Origin: an uncultured virus (IMG/VR IMGVR_UViG_3300020156_000368) | Taxonomy: Duplodnaviria > Heunggongvirae > Uroviricota > Caudoviricetes | Virus record (IMG/VR): IMGVR_UViG_3300020156_000368 | Direction: 5' to 3' (one strand) | Length of the DNA: 64,000 nt | In this document: one piece after another, positions 1-10,700 of the stretch | Layout: each line of letters starts with the position of its first letter | Numbering within the stretch: position 1 is the first letter of the stretch | Notes under the pieces: model-generated | Told to the model about the DNA's origin: nothing | The model's database searches: none | The model's input: the letters and a program-made list of their open reading frames with translations, nothing else | Program-made: the position numbers and the translations under genes

Positions 1-59
1 GTCTTTCAACGCCACGTGTAAGCGATAGGTCATCGGTTCGAAGCCGGTTTCCAGCACCA
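1..59 (+). tRNA. 3' part of tRNA-Thr(UGU), truncated by the window edge, possibly intron-interrupted
   Basis: TGT-AA-GCGAT anticodon 3' side, T-arm ATCGG-TTCGAAG-CCGGT, acceptor 3' strand TTCCAGC-A-CCA; bases 1-16 do not form a normal D or anticodon arm. Confidence 0.75.
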
Positions 60-62
60 TCT

Positions 63-94
63 ATGACCCATGGAGGATTATGGGTCATTTTTTT
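63..94 (+). terminator. Intrinsic terminator after the tRNA
   Basis: ATGACCCAT...ATGGGTCAT stem followed by a T run. Confidence 0.75.
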
Positions 95-160
95 ATTTAT
101 GCTACAATAGCATTTTGAAGCGTATACAAACCTTAAATTAAATTTAAGGTTTGGTTCAAC

Positions 161-838
161 ATGAAACAAAAGCTAAGTAAGGCAGACGCAGGGAGGCTAG
201 GAGCAGAGAAGTCTAAGATAACTGCACAAAAGAAAAAACAAGAACGGATTTCTTTTTATTGCGAAAAGCCCTCATTATGTAATTTTTGTCAAAATCCATT
301 AACATATGAAAAGCGAAATAATAAATTTTGTAATTCATCTTGTGCGGCTTCTTTTAATAACTTTGGATATGTTAAAAATCCCAACGGTGTAAATGGTTCT
401 GTCTATAAGGAAAAAATTACTACTGCTGAAAAGAAAATAAAGCGCACGATTCGTTATTGTTTAAATTGTAAGAATGAAATTCGGAGTAAAAAATACTGCT
501 CGATAAAATGCCAAAAAGACATTGAGTGGTCTAAAAGAAAGCAACAAATAGAAGATGCTCAATGCGCGGATTTTGGCACACACAGCAGAGCCGCAAAAAG
601 ATACATGTTAGAAGTATTTGGGCATAAGTGTTGCATATGCGAAATTGTTGAATGGATGAATAAACCAGTACCTTTAGTGCTAGATCATATAGATGGCAAT
701 TCCGATAACTGGATGCTATCAAACTTAAGACTAATATGCTGCAACTGTGACGCTCAGACTTCTACATACAAGTCCAAGAATACTGGCAACGGCAGAGCTT
801 GGCGGAGACAACGGTATGCAGAAGGAAAGAGTTATTGA
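161..838 (+). CDS. HNH endonuclease (free-standing, homing-type) with N-terminal Cys-rich Zn fingers
   Basis: CxxC...LDHIDGNSDN...NLRLICCNCD HNH motif; FCNSSC and YCSIKC fingers. Confidence 0.85.
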   Translation: MKQKLSKADAGRLGAEKSKITAQKKKQERISFYCEKPSLCNFCQNPLTYEKRNNKFCNSSCAASFNNFGYVKNPNGVNGSVYKEKITTAEKKIKRTIRYCLNCKNEIRSKKYCSIKCQKDIEWSKRKQQIEDAQCADFGTHSRAAKRYMLEVFGHKCCICEIVEWMNKPVPLVLDHIDGNSDNWMLSNLRLICCNCDAQTSTYKSKNTGNGRAWRRQRYAEGKSY

Positions 839-1476
839 TGGAATATGGTGTCCAATGTAGAGTAGAAGAAAAAAAGAAGTTAATATGTCAATTTTGCCGC
901 TGTGGATCAGTTTCTGATGAGTATAATTTCGACATCGGTGTTGATTGCAGGGGAAGATGGTATATTGCTAGGCATCAATGCCATCATTGTGACAAATTTA
1001 ATATCGTATATAGATTATATGATAAATCGGGAACAAATCAACACAATCTTTTTCCGTATGAAGGAAAGGTAAATATAAATAAAGTTCCTGATTATATTTT
1101 GTCCACATATTTAGAGGCTTGTGCTACATTATCTTTAAGTCCCAGCGCTTCAGCTACTCTTTCTAGAAAAGCTCTTCAAGCCATTTTGAGAGAACATGGT
1201 TATAATCAATATAAATTAATAGATCAGATAAAACAAGCTTCTGAGAACAATCTTTTTCCAAGCTATATATCAGAACTTATTGATCTAATTAGAGACATGG
1301 GGAACATGGGAGCGCATCCATGTGAAAACTATTTCATTGAACTTTCTTTAGAAGATGCTCAGTTAACTCTTGAAATTTTAGAAGACATAATAGAGTATCT
1401 CGACTATAAAAAGAAAGCTGTGGAGCGGAAAAAAGAATTTTCTGAAAAAAAAGAAGCTTCAAAGAAAAAGGAATGA
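838..1476 (+). CDS. DUF4145 (HEPN-like) domain protein with N-terminal Zn ribbon
   Basis: SRKALQAIL...LIDQI...IRDMGNMGAH motif; ATG at 838 overlaps the upstream TGA. Confidence 0.7.
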   Translation: MEYGVQCRVEEKKKLICQFCRCGSVSDEYNFDIGVDCRGRWYIARHQCHHCDKFNIVYRLYDKSGTNQHNLFPYEGKVNINKVPDYILSTYLEACATLSLSPSASATLSRKALQAILREHGYNQYKLIDQIKQASENNLFPSYISELIDLIRDMGNMGAHPCENYFIELSLEDAQLTLEILEDIIEYLDYKKKAVERKKEFSEKKEASKKKE

Positions 1477-1477
1477 A

Positions 1478-1678
1478 ATGGCTAATATAAAGCTAGTATT
1501 TGAAGTGTGGCGCGATAAGAGCGGGAAGGTTGGGCATCCACCTGACTATGTGGGAGATTTTCATTCTGGGAGCACCTTCGACGCAACAATAGAGATTGAT
1601 GAAGACAATGCAGAAGAGTTAAAAGAGTTTTTGCAGGCGGGAATTAAGCCTGTATTTTATGTTTCAAACGTAGAATAA
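1478..1678 (+). CDS. Hypothetical protein
   Basis: Tightly packed ORF with an AAGGA RBS. Confidence 0.6.
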   Translation: MANIKLVFEVWRDKSGKVGHPPDYVGDFHSGSTFDATIEIDEDNAEELKEFLQAGIKPVFYVSNVE

Positions 1679-1726
1679 ACAACAACCTCTATTGTACTGC
1701 AATTAGAACTTCTAGAAAGTATAAAG

Positions 1727-2194
1727 ATGCCCCCGAAACAAGTTATTGTAATGAGAAGATATTTTCCTGATGGGAAAGGCGGACGCTTTGAGATGCGTAA
1801 GGGCAAAATGATTGCTCAAGGCGCTCATGCTTCTCGTATGTTCTTAGTGCAGGCTATTAACCAAAATATACTTCATAACGAATATTTAAATAACATTGAT
1901 CCTACGGAACTAGAAACTTCTGATCCAAGACCCAAGGGGATAAAGTACTATTTCCCTAAAATTCAGCGCGACTGGATTAAGGAAAAATTTACAACTATCT
2001 GTTGTCAGGTTAATGACGAAGAAGAGCTTGATGACATCTTTAATCGCGCAAGAGAAGCTGGATTAACGGTTCACATGATCACCGATTCAGGGAAAACCGA
2101 GTTTAATGGCGTAAACACCAAAACTTGTTTGGCTATTGGTCCAGATGAGCCAGAGAAGATTGACAAAATAACTGGACATTTAAAGCTGTTGTAA
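1727..2194 (+). CDS. pth2: Peptidyl-tRNA hydrolase, Pth2 family
   Basis: KQVIVMR, MRKGK.IAQGAHAS, DSGKTEF, TCLAIGP, IDKITGHLKLL. Confidence 0.93.
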   Translation: MPPKQVIVMRRYFPDGKGGRFEMRKGKMIAQGAHASRMFLVQAINQNILHNEYLNNIDPTELETSDPRPKGIKYYFPKIQRDWIKEKFTTICCQVNDEEELDDIFNRAREAGLTVHMITDSGKTEFNGVNTKTCLAIGPDEPEKIDKITGHLKLL

Positions 2195-2208
2195 TCACTT
2201 ATAACGAA

Positions 2209-2463
2209 ATGGAGCATTGCAGAATGCCTACTTTAAGATTTACATATTCAGCAGGAAGATTAGTAGCGGGGGTGGTTGAATCTAACTTAAAAGAATATTG
2301 CTTCTTGCGCAATTACAAAGTGAAAATCAATAAACTTGGTGGAGATTGGTTGTCTTCAAAGTTTGGAGTCATTATTGAGACCAAAACTGATAAACAGTTA
2401 CAAGAAACAAAAGACGTAATTAAAGGCTGGATGAACAAGATGGAAAGAGCCACTTCGGAATAG
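2209..2463 (+). CDS. Hypothetical protein
   Basis: Packed ORF; start may be ATG 2224. Confidence 0.55.
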   Translation: MEHCRMPTLRFTYSAGRLVAGVVESNLKEYCFLRNYKVKINKLGGDWLSSKFGVIIETKTDKQLQETKDVIKGWMNKMERATSE

Positions 2464-2491
2464 GCATAATTCTTGCTCAATAGCAGATATT

Positions 2492-3448
2492 ATGAATAGT
2501 TATTTTCTTTACCAGCATGAATATGCCAGAGCTACAAAATACATGATAAAGAATGCCCTTGTGTCTCCCACTGAGTTGCAAGAGCTTAAAAGTATTTCTG
2601 GCGGGTTTATGGAAGAAGAAGTTAGAAAAGAAATAACCCGCTTTATGGTCACAAAACTTTGGGGTATTGATCAAGTTTCTTGTGACGTTTTATTTTATGA
2701 ATGGCTGCATCGCCGTAATGGTAATGCAGTCTATTTTATTGAAGATATGAGACTTTTGCATTTTATCGAGAGTGCAAAATTTACACTTAAGCCAGAATTA
2801 CTTGCAATGCCGAGAGATTCTATAACTGTTGCTGTCCCGACTAAGGCTGGGACATTAAGAGGCTTCTTGCTGGCAAGAATCAACCCTGTCACTCATATTG
2901 AGCTAATGAAAGATTGGTTTAAGTGGGCGGGACTTGATATAGAGCCAACTTCAGATTTCAGAAATAAGGAACATTTCGGCGTCTCTACTGTCAATCCGCT
3001 AGACAGTTCAAGATTACGTGGCGTAGTTCCTATTGATGAAATAGAAGAAGCCATAACTCCTGACTGGTTTGAGAACCATACAAGTGAAGGTTCTTTATTT
3101 CAGCCAGATAGCGAAGACTCTCGTCAGCTTGCGCGGGTTATGAGTATTTCACTCAGATTTTTAGCCTACATGAGCGCATTCCCTGATTTGGTTAAACCAG
3201 GAATTCCTGATGGAATGAAACAGCGCGATTCCAAACACTTCAAAAACGTGAAAAATGTCTTAACTATAAAAACCCATCCTCGCGTTCATGCGAGTCCAGA
3301 GGCTCATTTTAGAAGATTTCATTTCCGCCACCTATATCATCAAAAGTTCCATCGTGATCAAGATGGCAATGTAAGAGTTATTCCAGTTATGCCAGCCATT
3401 ATTGGAACTAAGGTTGATCCATATACTGCTGTCGCTCCAAAAAAATAG
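2492..3448 (+). CDS. Hypothetical phage protein
   Basis: 318-aa ORF with a C-terminal SPxAHFRRxHFR basic motif. Confidence 0.75.
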   Translation: MNSYFLYQHEYARATKYMIKNALVSPTELQELKSISGGFMEEEVRKEITRFMVTKLWGIDQVSCDVLFYEWLHRRNGNAVYFIEDMRLLHFIESAKFTLKPELLAMPRDSITVAVPTKAGTLRGFLLARINPVTHIELMKDWFKWAGLDIEPTSDFRNKEHFGVSTVNPLDSSRLRGVVPIDEIEEAITPDWFENHTSEGSLFQPDSEDSRQLARVMSISLRFLAYMSAFPDLVKPGIPDGMKQRDSKHFKNVKNVLTIKTHPRVHASPEAHFRRFHFRHLYHQKFHRDQDGNVRVIPVMPAIIGTKVDPYTAVAPKK

Positions 3449-3576
3449 TTTTAGAATATTCTAAAGGATGGTTTGTAACGTATATTGAAGAGTAAAAGAG
3501 ACAATCAGTTTAGATAAAAAGATAAAAGCTGATTAGTCTTAACATAAAATAGGGTAGATATTACAGGAGAAACCTT

Positions 3577-4512
3577 ATGAGAACTAAAGGAACAAACGCC
3601 GAAGTAGGCGTAATTGTTGGACGATTTCAAGTACCCAACTTACATGATGCTCATATTGAGCTAATTAAGAGTGTATGCGATAAACACTCTAGAGTTCTAG
3701 TCTTCCTAGGACTTTCGCAATGTCTCGTTACCAAGAATAACCCTCTTGATTTCGAAGCGCGTAAGCAGATGTTGCTTCAAAGCTTCCCTGATATTAATGT
3801 TTTATACATTAAGGATTGTCAGAGTGATGAAATCTGGAGTCGAAAATTGGACGAGCAGATTCGTGATCTAATCGGTCCCAATCAGAACGCCCTGCTTTAT
3901 GGAAGCAGAGATTGCTTTATCCAATACTACAGCGGCAACTTCCCAACTCAAGAGCTAGAATCTACCACATACATTTCGGGCACGGAAATTCGCAATAGTG
4001 TCGGTAATAAAGTCAAGGCATGTCCTGAATTCAGGGCTGGTGTTATTTGGGCAGCTTATAATCAATACCCAAAGGTGCACACCACAGTTGATGTTGCAAT
4101 CTTCAATGAAGATAAGAGCAAGCTTCTTCTAGCAAGAAAAGCTTATGAGCAAAAATATAGGTTCGTGGGCGGTTTTTCGGTCCCAACTACAACGTGCTTT
4201 GAAGCTGATGCACGTAGGGAGGTTCAGGAAGAGGCTGGAATCGCAATTACTGATCCTCTCTATATAAGTAGCGCTCTTGTTGATGATTGGCGCTACCGTC
4301 ATGAGGGAGATAAGATCAAAACTATCTTGTTCGCAGCAAAGATATTCAGTGGCAGACCGCAAGCTGGCGATGATGTTGCTGAAGTTCGTTGGTTCGCTTT
4401 TGATGGTGATGATAAGAAAAAAGCTCTCGAAGCATTGAAAGAAAATATTGTTGATGAACATAAGCCGTTAGTGGATATGCTAATTAAGAAGATTGATAGA
4501 ATAGTTTTATAA
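3577..4512 (+). CDS. nadM: Bifunctional NMN adenylyltransferase / ADP-ribose pyrophosphatase (NadM-Nudix)
   Basis: VGRFQ...LHDAH, KNNPL, SGTEIR nucleotidyltransferase motifs; Nudix box GG...ARREVQEEAG. Confidence 0.92.
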   Translation: MRTKGTNAEVGVIVGRFQVPNLHDAHIELIKSVCDKHSRVLVFLGLSQCLVTKNNPLDFEARKQMLLQSFPDINVLYIKDCQSDEIWSRKLDEQIRDLIGPNQNALLYGSRDCFIQYYSGNFPTQELESTTYISGTEIRNSVGNKVKACPEFRAGVIWAAYNQYPKVHTTVDVAIFNEDKSKLLLARKAYEQKYRFVGGFSVPTTTCFEADARREVQEEAGIAITDPLYISSALVDDWRYRHEGDKIKTILFAAKIFSGRPQAGDDVAEVRWFAFDGDDKKKALEALKENIVDEHKPLVDMLIKKIDRIVL

Positions 4513-4543
4513 GCAACACCCTTGATTCATCTAGATAAAGATA

Positions 4544-6013
4544 ATGATGGAGTCAAGGCAACAAAAATATGGAAAGATACAGGTGATTCCTATGACTACA
4601 GCAGTTGCAATACAAACAGCCAAAGGGCTGATGAACAATTATATTTTACGCACTGATGCGTACAAACAAACTCACTGGCTACAGTATCCAGATGGAGCAG
4701 AAAGAATTTTCAGCTATCTTGAAAGCCGTGGTGGAGAATACGACGAAACTGTATTCTTCGGACTTCAGTACTATTTAAAAGAGTACCTGCAAGGCGTCGT
4801 CGTCACGCAAGAGATGATTGATCAAGCAGAAGAGATAGTTAATAAAACTTTTATGGGTCAAGCCTTCTTCAACCGAAAAGGTTGGGAAAAGATCGTTAAC
4901 ACTTACGGCGGGAAACTGCCTATCCGCATTAGAGCGGTTGCTGAGGGAACTGTCGTTCCTGTATCGAACGTGTTAATGACCGTTGAAACAACTGTTGATG
5001 ATCCCGACATTATCTTCATTGTCGGCTTTGTTGAAACAATGCTAATGAAGCTTTGGTATCCAATTACAGTAGCTACGCAAAGCTATAAAATCAAAGAAAT
5101 TATTCGCCAGTATGCAAATCTTTGCGGAACCCAAGTAAATCCATTTGCTCTGAATGACTTTGGATATAGAGGCACTTCGAGTGAAGAGAGCGCAGCACTT
5201 GGCGGGGCAGCACACTTGGTAAATTTCGAAGGAACTGACACCACACGTGGCGTTCTTCTCGCAATGAGCTATTATGGTGCTGAAGTAAATGGCTTTTCGG
5301 TAATGGCGGCTGAACACAGCACTGTAACAAGCTATGGTAAAGAGAATGAAGCTAAAGCTTATGCAAAGTTTATGGATGCTTGTCCTACTGGATACCTGAG
5401 CATCGTGTCGGACAGTTACGATTACTACAATGCCGTTGAAAATATCTATGGCAAAGAGCTTAAAGAGAAAATCTTAGCTCGTGATGGCAAACTAGTTGTA
5501 CGTCCTGATAGCGGCTATCCACCTGAGGTCTGTCTAAAGACGCTAGAACTGCTTTGGGAAGCCTTTGGAGGCGAAATAAACGCCAAAGGGTACAAAGTCC
5601 TCAACCCGAAGGTTGGAGTGATCTACGGCGACGGAATCAACGCTCAGATGATTCGTGAAATTCTTGAGACGATCACAAAAGCTGGATTCTCGATTGATAA
5701 CGTAGTGTTTGGCATGGGCGGGGCGCTATTGCAGCAGGTTAATCGTGATACGTGTAGATTTGCTTTTAAGTGCAGCGCCATTAAAGTCGATGGCGAATGG
5801 CGCGATGTATTTAAGCAGCCAAAGACTGACGATGGTAAAAAGTCGAAGCGTGGCAAGTTAGACCTTTGCTGGAACCGATACGACGAAACGTATGTAACCA
5901 GAACTCCAGGAAAATTGGAAAATGGCGACATGCCAGTTATGGAAACCGTTTTTGAAAATGGTGAGATTCTAAAGAATTACACTTTTGATGAAATTCGGGA
6001 AAATACAAATTAA
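4544..6013 (+). CDS. nadV: Nicotinamide phosphoribosyltransferase
   Basis: TDAYKQTH, FFGLQY, DFGYRG, AAEHS, SIVSDSYD, VRPDSG, GDGI, FGMGG, NRDT..FAFK; true start may be 4592 or 4631. Confidence 0.95.
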   Translation: MMESRQQKYGKIQVIPMTTAVAIQTAKGLMNNYILRTDAYKQTHWLQYPDGAERIFSYLESRGGEYDETVFFGLQYYLKEYLQGVVVTQEMIDQAEEIVNKTFMGQAFFNRKGWEKIVNTYGGKLPIRIRAVAEGTVVPVSNVLMTVETTVDDPDIIFIVGFVETMLMKLWYPITVATQSYKIKEIIRQYANLCGTQVNPFALNDFGYRGTSSEESAALGGAAHLVNFEGTDTTRGVLLAMSYYGAEVNGFSVMAAEHSTVTSYGKENEAKAYAKFMDACPTGYLSIVSDSYDYYNAVENIYGKELKEKILARDGKLVVRPDSGYPPEVCLKTLELLWEAFGGEINAKGYKVLNPKVGVIYGDGINAQMIREILETITKAGFSIDNVVFGMGGALLQQVNRDTCRFAFKCSAIKVDGEWRDVFKQPKTDDGKKSKRGKLDLCWNRYDETYVTRTPGKLENGDMPVMETVFENGEILKNYTFDEIRENTN

Positions 6014-6018
6014 AGGCT

Positions 6019-6049
6019 AACCCCCGCTCTTTCGAGCGGGGGTTTTTTT
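6019..6049 (+). terminator. Intrinsic terminator of the NAD operon
   Basis: AACCCCCGCTC-TTTC-GAGCGGGGGTT plus T run. Confidence 0.9.
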
Positions 6050-6093
6050 GAATATATCATATATAAATTTACTATAGTAATAGAGGATGTGCA

Positions 6094-6390
6094 ATGACAC
6101 AAGATAAACTAAATTTTGGCTTAAGAGGACATGTAGAAACTATTAAAAAGTCCTTTTGGGGTGTTTCGCTTAAAAAATGCAAAGAGTGTGATATAAAGTC
6201 AGATTCTCACATGTTTAGAGTCGTTCATGCTATTGGCATCGGAAGAGTAGACTGGATGTATTGTCCCGATTGCGCTCCCACAATGGAAGTTGCTTGGAAG
6301 AAAACTTGTAAAATACTAATCCCATTCCTAAAGAGAGAAATTGAAGAGAAAGAAGCTAGCATTAAAGCAGGAGAAGAGCTTGAAGACTAA
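6094..6390 (+). CDS. Hypothetical Zn-finger protein
   Basis: CKEC...CPDC; GAGGA RBS. Confidence 0.65.
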   Translation: MTQDKLNFGLRGHVETIKKSFWGVSLKKCKECDIKSDSHMFRVVHAIGIGRVDWMYCPDCAPTMEVAWKKTCKILIPFLKREIEEKEASIKAGEELED

Positions 6391-6432
6391 ATAAAAAGGT
6401 TTCTCGCTTGTATCACAGGTAGTGATTCTATT

Positions 6433-7218
6433 ATGAGCGTAAATGCACTAAAAAGACAACCATACGGCAACAATCGTGTATTAAATCATGAAGGTACTTT
6501 GCTGTTCAAGTGTTCTTATAAGAAAATCAAATGGTATTTAGATAGAAATCTAGCTGAGATTGTGTCATTGGAGCCAATGACTATTCGCCTAAAGTTCGTT
6601 CCAGGCGGTAATGGTCATGTAGGTGATCCATACCATCTTTCCGACAAAGCAAATATATGCGTTGTGTGTGGCAAAGAGGATGATCTATCAATGCACCACA
6701 TAGTTCCTCATTGTTACCGTAGGCATTTTCCTTCCGATTGGAAGGAACATAACAGTCACGATGTTCTTCCACTATGTTCTCATTGTCACACTTCGTATGA
6801 AAAGCATGCTACCGAATTTAAAAGAACTTTGGCAAATGCTTATGATGCGCCATTGTCTGGTGAGGAATTTGAGGAAGTTCGTCGGATTGCTCGTGCTGGA
6901 GCATATGCTCGTGCCATATATCATTATGGTGACAGAATACCAGATGAGCGTCAAATTGAGATGCTTGATCAGATTACAGCTTTGCTTGGAACCAACGATT
7001 TTAGTATAGAGTCTGTAAAAGATTTTATTCCAGAAAAGCCCACCAGCTTGAAGGATTGGAATTTGCGCACCCATGGCGAAATCGTAGCAGAGAAACTTGA
7101 CGACTTGCAGAACTTTGTTAGAACTTGGAGGCTGCATTTTGTAGACATAATGGAGCCTAGACACATGCCTAAGGCATGGAGCGTAGACTATATTAAAATT
7201 AGACGAATCGATAATTAA
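6433..7218 (+). CDS. HNH protein resembling the EXD2 C-terminal HNH-like domain
   Basis: KKIKWYL..NLA, NICVVCG, HHIVPHCYRRHFP, HNSHDVLPLCSHCH. Confidence 0.75.
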   Translation: MSVNALKRQPYGNNRVLNHEGTLLFKCSYKKIKWYLDRNLAEIVSLEPMTIRLKFVPGGNGHVGDPYHLSDKANICVVCGKEDDLSMHHIVPHCYRRHFPSDWKEHNSHDVLPLCSHCHTSYEKHATEFKRTLANAYDAPLSGEEFEEVRRIARAGAYARAIYHYGDRIPDERQIEMLDQITALLGTNDFSIESVKDFIPEKPTSLKDWNLRTHGEIVAEKLDDLQNFVRTWRLHFVDIMEPRHMPKAWSVDYIKIRRIDN

Positions 7219-7275
7219 TTTTCGGTGATGAATAATATATACAAGAATTTGTTCTCTTATTGAGGTAAAGAATTA

Positions 7276-7656
7276 ATGGCAAAAAAGAATTTTGCAAATG
7301 GGCAAGAAGTGTACTTGCTTCATCCCGAAAGTGGAATGAAGTACAGGGGTAGTATTGTCGGCAAGCGAGAAATGGACAAAAGAGAGCATGATGTCTACAT
7401 CGTTCGTTTTGTTGATCGTCCTGTGCATTATAACGAATATCCGTGGGAATGTACTTTAATCTCAGAGAAGTATCTGACAGAAGTAGAAAATGTGCAGCAT
7501 GCAACTATTGCTCGTCGCAGAAGCTGGTATGAAGAGCTTGAAATCATGCAAAATGATTATGGCGTTGCAGGCAATGGAGTCGTAGGTGAAGAAATTGCCG
7601 AAGACCCTGCTTGGGGCGAAGCTGATGGTGACGGTCCTCAGTTCGCTGACGACTAA
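7276..7656 (+). CDS. Hypothetical protein with acidic C-terminus
   Basis: GAGGT RBS; followed by a terminator. Confidence 0.7.
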   Translation: MAKKNFANGQEVYLLHPESGMKYRGSIVGKREMDKREHDVYIVRFVDRPVHYNEYPWECTLISEKYLTEVENVQHATIARRRSWYEELEIMQNDYGVAGNGVVGEEIAEDPAWGEADGDGPQFADD

Positions 7657-7673
7657 AAATTATTAATTAAGTT

Positions 7674-7699
7674 AGCCAGTCTTCGGACTGGCTTTTTTT
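7674..7699 (+). terminator. Intrinsic terminator
   Basis: AGCCAGTC-TTCG-GACTGGCT plus T run. Confidence 0.9.
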
Positions 7700-7718
7700 A
7701 TTTGCAAGTATAATTCAA

Positions 7719-7744
7719 AAGGTTTTTAGGCTCAGACAAGAGAA
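7719..7744 (+). promoter_or_regulatory. Class II promoter motif AAGG-N19-GAA (representative of about 13 sites)
   Basis: Same spacing at 3464, 21949, 61686, minus 45199, 61671; variants at 56766 and minus 21377, 26532, 27370, 31445, 41071, 56777. Confidence 0.75.
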
Positions 7745-7776
7745 ATACTCTTATATCAATATATAAGAGGTAATCA

Positions 7777-10700
7777 ATGCGTATTGTCGGTTCTGATAGC
7801 CATGCTCAAAAATTCATTAATAATAGCGGCGGACAACTTCTAGTAGGTCATGTAGTATCAATTGATTCCTCAAACGCTGACTCCAGATATATAAAATTCC
7901 CCACAATTGAAGGTGAAAAATATGTGGTGGGTGTAGTCGCGAGAGTCAGCGAGAATGGTAGCACTGTGTATGTTATTCGCGTTGGATACGGGTTAGTATA
8001 TGTTGATAATACAAATGGTGCTATTGCTATTGGCGATAAACTAATTGCAAAAGGTAATAATGGTGGGCTTGCGGTACGCTGCAATGTAATTCCGCCTTCA
8101 GAAGAATACTCGATTGGTATCGCTTTAGAAGCATATGATAGTCCAACAGCAGGGCTTATTAAAGTTGACCTCACTTCTGTCACTTCAAGTACGGCTGGTC
8201 TTGCATCCGCTGGCGGATTAAGTGCAGTCACAAGTGTTAATAATCAAATTGGAGAAGTAGAGCTTGATTATACTCATGTAGGAGCCGCTGCGGAAACCCA
8301 TGATCATGGCATAAGCGATATTACTTCTTTGCAGACTATACTTGATGGTAAAGCATCAACTTCCCATACTCATTCTTTTTCTGAAATTACAGGAAGTCTT
8401 CTGCTTTCTCAAGGCGGAACAGGCGTAACCGCTGTAGGTGAACCTGGGCAAGTACTTGCTACTAATACTGCTGGGACTGGCACTGAATGGATTGACATGG
8501 GAAGCGGCAGTGGTGATGTAATTACTACTGCAAATAATGTATTTACTGGAACAAACACTTTTAGAAATATAAATCTTAACATGAGCGGTTCTACGTTGCT
8601 CGCGCCACGCGAATTGACATTTTCTAATTTTGGAGATGGCAATGGTTGGAGATTGATGGATATGCTTCAGGCTGGCTGGGCGCAAAGAAACCAAATTTAC
8701 AGCTATTGGGCACTAGAACTTTGCGGAAATCAAAGAGGTTCAATTCCAGAGTTTATCCCAGGTGTGTTATCAGATGCTGCTGTTCATGTTAAAAATGGAT
8801 ACGCCTCCTCTCCTGTTTTGGTTGTTAGCGGGGCGGCAAGCCAGTCTGGAAATCTTCAAGAATGGAGAAATAGCTCAGGGACGGTGCTTGCTAGTATTTC
8901 TTCGACTGGAGCGCTTTCTGCTACTGGACTATTGACCACTTCAGGGAATAATACTTTTACTGGAACAAATACATTTAATAATACAGTAACCATCAATGGA
9001 GTTAGGGCAACTACTGATTTAGATACATTTGCTCAATATCTAGAACTAAGATCAACAACTGCCAATAGAGATACGTCAATTAGACTTATTCCAAATGGCA
9101 ATGGAGACAGAGCATTCTATTCAGCTTTTAATACAGACTGGTCTGTAGATTCTACGAACTATCAGGTGGTTGATTTTGGTGTTCATTGGGATCAAGCCAC
9201 TGCTATTTTACAATCCTCTGCTGGCGGAACCTACTCTCGTCTCCCATTGGCATTAAGTGCCGATGGGACGTTAACTCAGCTAGTGCTAAATAATACTGGG
9301 TCAATTTCCTTTGGTGGAAATGTTATGGTAAGCGGAGACGGAAGCAGTCAAGCATCTCCTAGGCTATTTGAAGTTGATTTATCTAGCGGTGAGGCTCTAA
9401 GAGCATTTAACGCATTTCAGTTAGGGTGGGGAACTTCTCTTCAAATTACAAGTTATTGGGGTGTTGAGATACATGGAAATCGTCAGACAGGAGGAGTTCC
9501 TGCCTATCGAACGGGTGTTTCTTCAGATGCAAGCTTGCTGGTAGCTGGATATACAACTACTGCCCCTGTAGTTGTTGTTCAAGGTGCAGCAAGTCAGTCG
9601 GGGAATCTTCAAGAATGGAAAAACAGCACAGGCACTGTGCTCGCATCTGTTTCGGCAGCGGGTAGCTTTGTTGGTTCTGGTTCTGGATTAACTTCTATAC
9701 CAGATTCTGCTTTAACAACTAACATTGCTAAATTGAACGGAACTAATATCTTTACTGGAAGCAATTCCTTTAACGGCGGTACAAATACGCTTAACGTTGG
9801 TTCGGGAAATAATTATACAACGTATGATTATTTTAATGTACGAGCGGGTTCTGGAAATTCTGGTTCACTTGGACTATATGATGGTGCTGGTAACAGAGTC
9901 ATTATGCAATCAGCAGTAGCTTCTAGTATAACTAATGCGGGTGATGCAATATTTGCTGCTTTTGCATCGGGAAGTCGATTTAGAATACTTGTGAATGGAC
10001 AGACTGCTTCAAATGAGCAAGCCATGCATGTTAGTTCTAATGGTGTTGGAATTAACAAACGCTTGAGGGTTGGCTATAATGCAGAACCAACCCCTCCATC
10101 ATCTGGTGCTTATATACAAGTTTCTGCTTCCGAATCGGCATCTTCGGCAACTCTCACAGGTCAATCCGTTTCATGGACAGCAACGCACACAACAGGAACC
10201 ATGACTAATGCCTATGGCGTGCTTATAAATGCTCCAACAAAACCAGGAGCAGGCGTGATTACCAATGCATACGGATTATATGTTGCTGCTCCAACAGTTG
10301 CTACCAATAATTACTCTGCATATTTTGCAGGAACAACTCACTTTGCAGGAAGCATCACCTCATCTGCGAGCAATACATGGACTGGAACAAATACCTTTTC
10401 AAATAATGATGGGATAATAATAAAAGACGCAGGGGGTGGCGGACTGAAAATTTATCCTAACACCTTAGATGGACCACGGCGCGTTTGGAATTTCTATCAA
10501 CAAAGCGTAAACAATGGAATTACTTATGAGCTTGTTCCAAATGGAACTGCCAATTTCTCAAGATTCACTGCTAACGGCTCAGATGTTATGGCAGTGCCTG
10601 CAAATTTTAGAAAATTTGATTTAGGTTTTAATAACAGCGGGCAATTAGAAATTCATACGCGAGCAGGCGGAACTGGCGTAACAGACGACATAAGATTTAT

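Noticed and set aside
3505..4545. TAGATAAA(AA)GATAA repeated upstream of nadM and nadV as an operator
   Set aside because: Only two AT-rich, non-palindromic copies; not distinguishable from chance.
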